From positions 1 through 29,320 of the IMG/VR virus record IMGVR_UViG_3300017721_000193: DNA of 29,320 bases, one strand, 5' to 3'. This DNA comes from a virus (Duplodnaviria; Caudoviricetes). The notes below the pieces were generated by a model, which had not been told where the DNA came from, made no database searches, and saw only the letters and a list, made by a program, of their open reading frames with translations. Shown here one piece after another: positions 1-8,754 of this stretch; position 1 is the stretch's first letter; each line of letters opens with the position of its first letter. Both the position numbers and the translations under genes were made by a program.

Positions 1-730
1 GCATACGGGCACGCCCGCACGCACACAGGCACGCCCACGCACACCCCTGCAGACGCGTACAAAATATATTTGTAACCACCAAACAAAATGCAATATTTTT
101 TTTTCGGGTCCATATCTGACGATATTAGGACCACCTAACAAAAAGTTTAGGACAGCCTAAAACATACTAAAAAGTGTAACTGCTTGATACACAGACACTT
201 AGCTTTGTCATAGGTATAAGTACCTAGTCACTAGGTATATTGTACTAAGGAGAAGCAAAACACAGGTAAAAACGTAAAGCATTGATATTCAAGTAGTTGG
301 GTCCAAATGTGTCTCATTTAAGTGGGTGTTTAATACCACTATTTCACCAATTGAGGTCCGGCATATGTAGGTACCAAAACTACTTTAAGGCTCTTAGAAT
401 GGCTTAAAATGCGTTTAAAAGGCATGACAAATAGGCAGGTAATAAAGTTGTTTTATTGGGTTTTATTTCGTATAGGTCTCGCCGTGCTAATATTTTTAGC
501 AATGCTAACCGCGCCATCTATTTAGACCCGTTACAAATTAGAAAAATAATTGCCCAAAAGTTTGGATATGACCGGAAAAAATTGTATAGTCGGTAAAGCA
601 GGCTACTCGGAGGGGGGATTGGGTTTTTAAAGGGGGTACTAATGCATGAGAAAACCACTTCATTTGAAAACTTGTATAATAATAGATACTATTATAATAA
701 TTAGTATTAGTTTACTCTATTACTATTATA

Positions 731-763
731 ATAATACCTTTACTATGGAAGTAAAGGTATTAT
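731..763. repeat. Perfect 14-bp inverted repeat ATAATACCTTTACT-N5-AGTAAAGGTATTAT
   Basis: Read directly: arms 731-744 and 750-763, inside an AT-rich tract of TATTATAATA-like units. Confidence 0.9.
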
Positions 764-826
764 AACTTGTTATTATAATAAGGCGGTGGGGGTTGTGTAG
801 TGGTAATGAATCAAATAATTCAATAC

Positions 827-836
827 TTGTACATTA
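827..836 (+). promoter_or_regulatory. Variant late-promoter-like motif TTGTACATTA
   Basis: One mismatch to TTGTAAATTA; 16 nt upstream of the first gene of the terminase operon. Confidence 0.5.
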
Positions 837-852
837 ACTTAAAAGCATTTAG

Positions 853-1137
853 ATGACGACTAAGCAACTATTAAAGTCCTTAATGGGCACAGGGTTACCC
901 AAGGGTGATTTAAAGCAGGAGATGTTCTCCTTCTATAATTCTAAGATAGGTACGAGTGAGCACTTCGTGCGTAGGGAGAACCCGAACACTTCTTGTGGGA
1001 GCTGCATACAAAGAGTGAAGACATCTATTTGGAAATGGTATCACCATGATGAGAGCTCTCCGAACTACAAGGGTTTTGTTTTTACGGGTAGGTTTGTAGC
1101 GCATGGTATGCCTCTATACAATTATGATGAGAAATAA
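853..1137 (+). CDS. Hypothetical protein with SCxxC motif
   Basis: 94-aa ORF with TSCGSC; first gene of the operon, overlaps terS start. Confidence 0.75.
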   Translation: MTTKQLLKSLMGTGLPKGDLKQEMFSFYNSKIGTSEHFVRRENPNTSCGSCIQRVKTSIWKWYHHDESSPNYKGFVFTGRFVAHGMPLYNYDEK

Positions 1138-1570
1138 AAAAGGAGATGTCGTGAAGGGACGCGGCAGCGAACTAACCACACTCCAATCCGAGTTCCTTGA
1201 GCGCATTGCTAACGAGGGTATGGAGAACAGTAGCAGTATTGCTAAGGATTTAAACTACACGAGTTACTATCGTGATAGGAGAAACCATGGAACTGCATTC
1301 CACAGAGAGTTAATGTCTCTAGCAAATCAGGAGATGAAGTCTATTGAGGCTGCAAAAGGAACGAACCTAACGGCTCTTATTCGAATCAGGGACCTAGCTC
1401 TTGCGGAGGGAGACATGAAGGCTGCTATGGACTCGATTAAGATTATAAATGATATGCAGGGTTACAAAGCTCCTACCAAAGTTGAGCAAACTAAGATTGA
1501 TATAACTGCGACCATAGACCTTACAGCTCCGGAAGAAGAACAAGACTATTTGGATATAGATGCAGATTAA
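1124..1570 (+). CDS. terS: Putative terminase small subunit
   Basis: ~148 aa, directly upstream of and overlapping terL; helical with HTH-like IAKDLNY segment and typical C-terminal GYKAPTKVEQT tail. Start moved from 1103 to the ATG at 1124. Confidence 0.7.
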   Translation: MMRNKKGDVVKGRGSELTTLQSEFLERIANEGMENSSSIAKDLNYTSYYRDRRNHGTAFHRELMSLANQEMKSIEAAKGTNLTALIRIRDLALAEGDMKAAMDSIKIINDMQGYKAPTKVEQTKIDITATIDLTAPEEEQDYLDIDAD

Positions 1571-2807
1571 ATTATACAAGCCCACTGAGCCGCAAAAGGA
1601 TTTTCACAGGCTGATACACGAGGACAAACCTTTTATTGGGTGTTTGGTTGCGGGTCGTCAGACAGGAAAGACGTTCTTCATGCAAAACGATTGTGTGATG
1701 AGGGCGTTAAATAATCCAAAGCACAGGATGTTTTGGGTATCCCCTATTCAGGACCAAGCTAACAAGGTGATGAAAGACATAGAGTCTATGTTTAGCGGTC
1801 ATCAAGATTTATGGAACAAAATAATAAAACGATATGACAGAAAGGCAAACGAACTTTATTTTTACAATGGCAGCTTTATTAAGTTTCGTAGTGCTGACAG
1901 TGGCGACAATCTACGTGGGGCTACTTTAGACTACATATACTTAGATGAGGCAGCATACATGAAGCTAGAGTTTATCAATGAGGTTCTCTTACCAATGGTG
2001 ACGAGGACGGGGGGAAGGGTTTGTGCGGCCTCTACTTTTAATGGACCTAATTGGTTCTTTGATTGGTATAAGGAAGGTCAGCTAGAATCTAACAAGCAAC
2101 AGGTAATGTCAATAAAGAGGACATACCTAGACCTAAACGATGATGATGTATCTAGAACAGTGCTAGGGATAAAGAAAAGCATGACTAGGGCTCAGTTCGA
2201 CCAAGAGTTTTTATGCAAGCCTACTAGCTCAAATAGTTTATTCAGTAATGTTGAAGACGCGGTAGCGGAACTAAACACCCCTTACGAACGTGTTTACATA
2301 GGTATGGATATTGGGGTGGCGCAAGATTACACTGTACTTACTGCGATGACAGAAAATTATCACGTCTTTGATATCGACAGGTTCAATTATAAGGAAGAGG
2401 GTATGGACAGCTTGGAGTTCAGGGAGCGCATAAAGGCTTTCTATCTAAAGCACAATGACAAACTAGCTGCGGCCTACTTCGAATTAAATAATAATGATTT
2501 ATTGTTTGATGAGATTACGGATGACGAGAGGATGTACAAACTTATACCAATCCACACGACAGCTAAGAACAAGCCCGACATGATAAGGAATTTGATAAAA
2601 CTATTTGAGGATAAGACAATACGTATACCAAAAGACGAAAACCTTGTCAAAGAGCTTTATGATTTCAAATCAAAGAAGAATGCTATCACCGGAAATCTAC
2701 AGTTTAGTAACACAGACGGCAAGCATGATGATATGGTAATGAGCCTAGCTATTGCCGCTTTCTGTGCGCGCGAAGAACAAGACGGGGGTGTAACTCTATT
2801 CTTATGA
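1560..2807 (+). CDS. terL: Terminase large subunit
   Basis: Walker A AGRQTGKT, Walker B IYLDEAA, coupling motif ASTF, nuclease IGMDIG and HDDMVMSLA. Confidence 0.95.
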   Translation: MQIKLYKPTEPQKDFHRLIHEDKPFIGCLVAGRQTGKTFFMQNDCVMRALNNPKHRMFWVSPIQDQANKVMKDIESMFSGHQDLWNKIIKRYDRKANELYFYNGSFIKFRSADSGDNLRGATLDYIYLDEAAYMKLEFINEVLLPMVTRTGGRVCAASTFNGPNWFFDWYKEGQLESNKQQVMSIKRTYLDLNDDDVSRTVLGIKKSMTRAQFDQEFLCKPTSSNSLFSNVEDAVAELNTPYERVYIGMDIGVAQDYTVLTAMTENYHVFDIDRFNYKEEGMDSLEFRERIKAFYLKHNDKLAAAYFELNNNDLLFDEITDDERMYKLIPIHTTAKNKPDMIRNLIKLFEDKTIRIPKDENLVKELYDFKSKKNAITGNLQFSNTDGKHDDMVMSLAIAAFCAREEQDGGVTLFL

Positions 2808-3517
2808 TGACGTTTAAGCAACATATGGAGCTATCTGAGGCACTATCTAAGTTTGAAGATATATCGGTATACCTAGACGATTTGGAGCCGTTAGAACGCA
2901 TTAAAACACTTAGGTCTATAAATAACACATACCCGTTAAAGGACAGTGAGGAAATCACTGAAGAGATTTCTAGCGGATTTGAGCACTCAGAAAAAGTGTT
3001 TGAATTGGTATTAGGTCAGTTTATAATGATTGAGCAGATACTTACAGGTAAGTTTAAGTTTGTTACAGATATGCACCAAGACCTCGAACTTCTCACTTAT
3101 GTATTAAGACCAAAGGGTGAGTTGGAGTTTGACAATAGTGACCCTGAAAAAGAACAACAGCATAGAGAAAAAATAATGAATACCCCTGTTCAAGACTTGT
3201 ACTCAGCGATAAATAAGTTTCTTAAAAACAGGGAGTTAATTTTATTCAAGAAATTCTCAGGCGTTTTCTATTCAACAAGTGATGACAGTGACGAAAACCC
3301 TGACGAGTTTTCTACACCCACACCTGATGAGTTATTTAACCAACAATGGTATTGGTACTCGATGGTTCGTATGTTGGCTCAAGAAGATATAAGGCGTTAT
3401 GATGACGTATACATGATGAGAATGAGCGTTGTACTTCCTGAGATGAGCTACTTAGCTCAGAAGAACAAGATAGACGCAGCTAATCAAAGACAGCAAGCAG
3501 CCTTAAATAGATTGTAA
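2804..3517 (+). CDS. Hypothetical morphogenesis protein (possible tail assembly chaperone)
   Basis: 237-aa helical ORF coupled to terL, with C-terminal QWYWYS...LA..DI motif; function inferred from position only. Confidence 0.6.
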   Translation: MMTFKQHMELSEALSKFEDISVYLDDLEPLERIKTLRSINNTYPLKDSEEITEEISSGFEHSEKVFELVLGQFIMIEQILTGKFKFVTDMHQDLELLTYVLRPKGELEFDNSDPEKEQQHREKIMNTPVQDLYSAINKFLKNRELILFKKFSGVFYSTSDDSDENPDEFSTPTPDELFNQQWYWYSMVRMLAQEDIRRYDDVYMMRMSVVLPEMSYLAQKNKIDAANQRQQAALNRL

Positions 3518-3521
3518 ATTA
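3512..3521 (+). promoter_or_regulatory. Putative late promoter motif TTGTAAATTA (copy 1)
   Basis: Exact motif, contains the TAA stop of the upstream gene. Confidence 0.65.
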
Positions 3522-3534
3522 TAAAAAAGTGTTT

Positions 3535-3972
3535 ATGAATAACCTCAGAGGTATATATGAGGCTGTCAAGGACTTCGGTGAGAGACATGAAATGGTCAAC
3601 GAAGTTATACTTGTTAAGTCTGAAGACGAGCTAGAGGACCGTGAGTTCAAGTACAGAACAATGGTACTGATGCCTATAGAGGCTAATATATCTCGCGAAC
3701 AAAATGCTCCGGCATACTACATAGATTTCGGTTTAGTATTGCTAGACAAGGTTGCCACAAAAAATGATGAGGCTACAATAAACTCCGTTGATGAAAACAT
3801 ATTTATTATAGGGCAGCTTCAAGACCATCTTCAACAGGAAGACTATGATGTTGAGTTTGGCTCTGTAGATTTAGGAAACGAATCTGTTGATGATTACAAT
3901 ATAACAACTGCAATAGCGGACTTTACATTTACATTGTCTAGAAAGCCTTATAACAGAGTTATTAATCTATAA
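3535..3972 (+). CDS. Putative tail completion/terminator protein
   Basis: Acidic ~145-aa alpha/beta protein two genes upstream of tape measure; alternative GTG start at 3529. Confidence 0.55.
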   Translation: MNNLRGIYEAVKDFGERHEMVNEVILVKSEDELEDREFKYRTMVLMPIEANISREQNAPAYYIDFGLVLLDKVATKNDEATINSVDENIFIIGQLQDHLQQEDYDVEFGSVDLGNESVDDYNITTAIADFTFTLSRKPYNRVINL

Positions 3973-4595
3973 TGATTAAGGTAAGGTCTCAAGGACAAAT
4001 AGCGGTAACAGCAAGAACAATAATGATTGCGGCTCTAACAAAAGAGTTTCGTAAATCTCAAATTATTGCTAAGATAATTAAAATAGCCAAGGGTAAAGGT
4101 ATGGTTGTTAGCGGTGCATTAGTGAATCCTAAAAGCTCAGGTTCTATAACCCCATCCTCAGACGACAGGTGGTTTATTGACAGGAAGAGCCTTCAGGTTT
4201 TTGTAGGTCCTATAACATTCGGAGTTCCTTCGTATGTGCGATTCAGGATAAAACCAAACTACGAGATAGCTGAAAAGTATTTTGCTCTTACGGAGCAATC
4301 TAGCAAATCCAAAAGATGGTTCCCAAATGTAGGGAATATAGAAAATTGGGTAAAGAAAAAAAGAATTGGAGATGCTCAAGATTCTAGAAAGATAGCTTTT
4401 GCTATATCTAAATCTATAGCTAAGAAGGGAATTAAAAAAACAAACTTAGCTAATCCGTTCTTCTATAAGGGAACCGGAGTTGAAGCTACAATAACGAGAG
4501 GAGCTAACAGGGGAATGCTTAGGGTTTCACAACTCTATCGTCCTCTTATAGTTAACTATATAGATAAAAGTTTTTCTAAAATATTTGATAAGTAA
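3972..4595 (+). CDS. Basic virion morphogenesis protein (HK97 gp10-like tail completion/neck)
   Basis: Very basic, with motif PN..I.NWVKKK...IAFAISKSIAKKGIK typical of this class; precedes tape measure. Confidence 0.55.
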   Translation: MIKVRSQGQIAVTARTIMIAALTKEFRKSQIIAKIIKIAKGKGMVVSGALVNPKSSGSITPSSDDRWFIDRKSLQVFVGPITFGVPSYVRFRIKPNYEIAEKYFALTEQSSKSKRWFPNVGNIENWVKKKRIGDAQDSRKIAFAISKSIAKKGIKKTNLANPFFYKGTGVEATITRGANRGMLRVSQLYRPLIVNYIDKSFSKIFDK

Positions 4596-7500
4596 TGGCA
4601 GCAATTCAAGGTCAAAGCACAAAAAGCATAACTAGTTATCAGTTAGACGTACAAAACCTAGTACGTGAAATGCAGACGCTCAAGGAGCAAGGTGCATCTA
4701 GCGAGAAAATATACGGACAGCTAGGAGCGAGGTTTGATACACTTAGACAAAGAGGTACTAAGCTAGAGAAGATGATGCGTTTATACGCAAAGAACACTAA
4801 AGATTCTCAGAAGGCAACAGCTAACTTAAAGACTAGGATAGGAGCTCTTAACGCAGAGGTGAAAAAGCTAGATGCCGCTGAAAATAAATTAGCCACCACT
4901 TCTAGAAAAAATATAAAAGAAGCTGCAGCTCTTGCTAAAGCGATAAGAAAGGGTTCTGAATCTGCAAAAAAGGCCTCTAAAGATACTAAGACGTTAGGTG
5001 ACGCTCAGGAGAAGCAGGGTAAGCAGGCTAAAAAATCAGGCAAGGATAATAAGGAATTAGGGAAAAGTGCTAAGTCTACAAACAAGGGACTAAAGGGGGC
5101 ACTAGGAACTTTAATAAGGTTTGGAGCAGCAGGTGCTATTTTAGGCGGGATACTAAAAGCTCTTAAATTTGTATTCGTAGATAGCTTTAAGGCAGCTGTT
5201 CAGTTTGAAAAAGGATTGGCAAACCTATCTGCAGTTGGTGGTGTAACCGGTGCAGAACTCAACAGCCTAAAAGAAGCAGCACTTGATACAGCGGGGGCTA
5301 CAAAGTTTACAGCGAATGAAATACTAGGACTGCAAACCGAGTTAAGTAAGTTAGGGTTTAGTGCAGATGAAGTTGTCGATTCTACTAAGGCTATTGCTTT
5401 AGGGGCGCAAGCGTTAGGTACAGGATTATCAGAAACAGCAACTTCCGTGGGTAAGTTAATCAATCAGTTTGGATTGATGGCTCAAGACTCGGATGTTATC
5501 GTTGATACATTGGTAACAACAATTAACGAATCGGCACTTTCTTTAGACACTTTCTCTACGGCAATCCAATACGTAGGTCCTATATCTAGAGACTTAGGTG
5601 TGAATCTACAAGAAACTTCGGCAGCTATGGCTGTATTAGCTGATAATGGTTTTACCGCATCTCGTATAGGTACGGGTCTTCGTGGTATATTTACTGAGTT
5701 AGGTTCGGAAACTGTTGATGTGAAATCTAAGTTAAAAGACCTAGCAGATGAAAATCTCTCTTTATCTGAAGCGGTAGAATTAGTTGGTAAAAGAAATGCA
5801 GCACAGCTTATAACGCTACTTAATAATGTTGAGGTATTAGAAGAAGCCGAGGACGTCTACTATCAACAAGGTAGAGCTTTGGCCGCAGCTGCTGAACAAG
5901 CAACTACCTTTAGTGGTCAGATGGATTTAGTTAGGTCTGCGGTTAATGAAGCTCAGATTGGATTTGGAGACTTCATTCTTTCAACAGGAGTTATACAAGG
6001 TTTACTAAGTACGCTTAGTAATTCAGCCAACGAAACGTATTTAGCTTTTCAGCTATTGAAAAATCAAGGAGCTGAAGCTCTTTCTGAAGATATGCGTAAA
6101 GCAGAGCAGGGAATGAGCGCATTTGATATAGCTCTTGAGCGCACAGCTAAAAATGCGGGCGTTACCGCAGAAGAAGTCCAAGAGGCTTTTGGTGACGATA
6201 TGTTTAGAGAAGCACTTCAATCCACTCCCATGAGACAGATGGAAGGTAAACTTAGAGATATGTTTGCTGATGCTTTTGGTGACGGTGATTTAGCCGATAC
6301 GTTCCAAGGGTATCTTAGTATGTTGAACGAGGAGTTGGATAAAGTTCGTGAGAAAAATTTAATTGCAGAGCAAAGACAAGATGCTGACGACCTATATCTG
6401 TCTACATTAAATGAGATGATACAGTCTGAAAGAGATGGTATTGATGTATCTAAGCAGGCCAATGAACTAGCAGGTCAGATAAACGGAGACCGTCAAGCAC
6501 TTATAAAAGGTGCTAAGGATTTGAGAGAGGAGCTTGAAACAAATGAAAATCTTACGGAAACAGAAATTCGTCAGAAAAAAGATTTAATTCTTTTGTTCAC
6601 GTCTCAAGAAAAAGCACTAGCTAACTACGAAAGAAGATTTGCTAACTTTGTTTTGGCAGAAGATTTATCTGAAAAGATAAGTAGAAAAAAAGCTAGAACC
6701 TTTAAAGAGGAGATAGACATAATGGAGGACTTAAAAGACGCTCAGGACAAGAATGCTGAGGTACAAGTTTTAGCTTCTGAGGCCTCCGGAAACTATATTG
6801 ATTCTATAGAAAAGAGAATCATGGGCAATGAAGATTTAATTAGCACTAACAATGATGTTATTAAAATGGCCGATACTGAAAAGACCATTTTAGAAGGCAA
6901 GATTGCTGCTGAAAAAAAGAACGTAAACTCAAAGGGTGAGTTAACAAAACAAGCCGAAGCAAATATAAAAGTATACGAAAAAGAAATAGCTACCCTAGAT
7001 ACTATAAAGGCTAAGTACGAAGAGAAGAATGAGGCCCTAGATAACACTACGGGAACACTAAAGGATTCTACAAAGGCTTTAGAAAAGGAGCTAAAGGCCC
7101 TAGAGGAAGAGTATAAAAAGGGTGATATAGGTACTCAAGCATTTGAAAGACAGAGACAAGAAGTAATAGACAACTATACTAAATTACTTAAAGAGATTGC
7201 TGAAAAGAATCCTGAACTAAAAGCAGCTGTTGATGCGCTACTGAAATCTGCAGGAGATGTTGATAACCCTATTGATTGGAGAAACATTTTATCTGAAGGT
7301 ATAGACGAGGCTATAGATGTTGTAACTAAGTCATTAGAGAGTTTTAGCAAGACTACTCTAGAAAACACAAAGAACAGATTAGAAGCTGAGAAGGACGCAT
7401 TAAAAGCAAGATACGAAACAGAAGATTTCTTAGCTAAACAGCAGTTTGAAAATGGACTTATAAATGAGTCTCAGTTCAGAAGAAGACAGGCTCAATTAAG

Positions 7501-8155
7501 AAAGAAACAAATTGCTGAAGAAAATGCCATAGATAAAAAGATTTTTGAAGCAGAGCAAAAAGGAGATAAGGATAAAGCAAAGACAGATTATCTAGAGGCA
7601 CTAGCCTCTATTATACCGGAGTTAATTAAAGCGGGTAAGGTTATACCTCAAGACTTAGCTATCTCATCGGCTATATCAGCTGCGCTTGCTACAGCAGCTT
7701 TTGGCGCAGAGATGAGTGCTATAGGCCAAAGAAAATTCTTCCCTAAGAAGTTTGCTGAAGGGGGTATGGTAGAGGGCCCTAGTCACAGTCAAGGGGGCAT
7801 TCCTTTTGCAGTGCAGGGTCAAGGTGGTTTTGAAATGGAAGGCGGAGAGTTTATAATTAATAAGCGAGCTGCATCTATACATCGTGATTTGCTAGAAAAG
7901 ATAAACGGTTCTATAAAACCTAACCTTCCTACACAACCTATGAAGTTTGCACAAGGTGGATTAGTATCTACAAGCCAAACTAGGATTGTTCAATCAGATT
8001 CTACAGAAAGTGTAAATTATCTAAAGGCTATTGCTGAAGCTACGACAACTAATGCAATAAACAGCAGCAGACCTGTTAGAGCTTTTGTTAGTTCAAAAGA
8101 CCTTCGCCAAGACGAAAGTGCAAGAAGAATTAAAGACAATAACACGACTATATAA
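4595..8155 (+). CDS. Tail tape measure protein (TP901-like core)
   Basis: 1186 aa, Ala/Lys/Glu-rich coiled coil; TKFTANE..LSKLGF and AAMAVLADNGFTASRIGTGLR core; C-terminal FAEGG..GPSH..GG..EGGEF motif. Confidence 0.92.
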   Translation: MAAIQGQSTKSITSYQLDVQNLVREMQTLKEQGASSEKIYGQLGARFDTLRQRGTKLEKMMRLYAKNTKDSQKATANLKTRIGALNAEVKKLDAAENKLATTSRKNIKEAAALAKAIRKGSESAKKASKDTKTLGDAQEKQGKQAKKSGKDNKELGKSAKSTNKGLKGALGTLIRFGAAGAILGGILKALKFVFVDSFKAAVQFEKGLANLSAVGGVTGAELNSLKEAALDTAGATKFTANEILGLQTELSKLGFSADEVVDSTKAIALGAQALGTGLSETATSVGKLINQFGLMAQDSDVIVDTLVTTINESALSLDTFSTAIQYVGPISRDLGVNLQETSAAMAVLADNGFTASRIGTGLRGIFTELGSETVDVKSKLKDLADENLSLSEAVELVGKRNAAQLITLLNNVEVLEEAEDVYYQQGRALAAAAEQATTFSGQMDLVRSAVNEAQIGFGDFILSTGVIQGLLSTLSNSANETYLAFQLLKNQGAEALSEDMRKAEQGMSAFDIALERTAKNAGVTAEEVQEAFGDDMFREALQSTPMRQMEGKLRDMFADAFGDGDLADTFQGYLSMLNEELDKVREKNLIAEQRQDADDLYLSTLNEMIQSERDGIDVSKQANELAGQINGDRQALIKGAKDLREELETNENLTETEIRQKKDLILLFTSQEKALANYERRFANFVLAEDLSEKISRKKARTFKEEIDIMEDLKDAQDKNAEVQVLASEASGNYIDSIEKRIMGNEDLISTNNDVIKMADTEKTILEGKIAAEKKNVNSKGELTKQAEANIKVYEKEIATLDTIKAKYEEKNEALDNTTGTLKDSTKALEKELKALEEEYKKGDIGTQAFERQRQEVIDNYTKLLKEIAEKNPELKAAVDALLKSAGDVDNPIDWRNILSEGIDEAIDVVTKSLESFSKTTLENTKNRLEAEKDALKARYETEDFLAKQQFENGLINESQFRRRQAQLRKKQIAEENAIDKKIFEAEQKGDKDKAKTDYLEALASIIPELIKAGKVIPQDLAISSAISAALATAAFGAEMSAIGQRKFFPKKFAEGGMVEGPSHSQGGIPFAVQGQGGFEMEGGEFIINKRAASIHRDLLEKINGSIKPNLPTQPMKFAQGGLVSTSQTRIVQSDSTESVNYLKAIAEATTTNAINSSRPVRAFVSSKDLRQDESARRIKDNNTTI

Positions 8156-8754
8156 TGAGCGATTACAGTATATACGAAGTATCTTCTTGGACTTCAGACA
8201 ACCACACCAATGTAAGCATAGCTTCTCAAACACTAACGCAGTTTGAATTATCTTCTCAGAATAACTTTGCTTCAGGAGATGATGATATAATAAAATTAGG
8301 TGTAACACTTAATGGCGTAGTTAGATATATATATGGAGTGCAGATAGACCAAGTGCCTTTGCAAGTAGGGTCTACTGTCACTGTAGCTTTTGACGGTAAC
8401 ATATACGGAGACTTACTTACCGGTAGCGCATTTGCTTCTTGGGAATACTACACTCCAAATGTCAGCGACATATCTATTGAATTAACAAATTATAATATAT
8501 CGCCATCACTTTCTGTTGCTACATACGGAAAAGATTTCAAAGCATATAACTCTACTTTGTCTTACAATATACAAGCACCTCAGCAAAAACTAGTATATAA
8601 TACTAAGTTTAAAACACTATACAATTTAAATCAAAAGATTTTACTAGACAGTTGCGACAATAACGTGTATAGCGTTGTACCTTCGGAGCTGTCAGCTGTA
8701 GCCGTCAACGGCAGAATAAAATCAGCACTAAACTTTAATGTATTTATAAAGTAA
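8155..8754 (+). CDS. Putative tail (distal tail-like) structural protein
   Basis: Beta-rich 199-aa ORF translationally coupled to tape measure gene. Confidence 0.55.
   Translation: MSDYSIYEVSSWTSDNHTNVSIASQTLTQFELSSQNNFASGDDDIIKLGVTLNGVVRYIYGVQIDQVPLQVGSTVTVAFDGNIYGDLLTGSAFASWEYYTPNVSDISIELTNYNISPSLSVATYGKDFKAYNSTLSYNIQAPQQKLVYNTKFKTLYNLNQKILLDSCDNNVYSVVPSELSAVAVNGRIKSALNFNVFIK

Larger units (their letters stand above)
1..852. other. Long non-coding control region (candidate origin / packaging or genome-end region)
   Basis: No ORF in the track; several palindromes, tandem repeats and an AT-rich tract immediately upstream of the terminase operon. Confidence 0.55.

Noticed and set aside
65-207. 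TAnnTTTG matches at 65-72 and 200-207 as promoters
   Set aside because: No ORF closely downstream and no clear -33 TTTG at the expected spacing; cannot be supported without TSS data.
2804-4595. Programmed -1 frameshift tail chaperone pair upstream of tape measure
   Set aside because: No convincing slippery heptamer near a gene end followed by an open -1 frame was seen.
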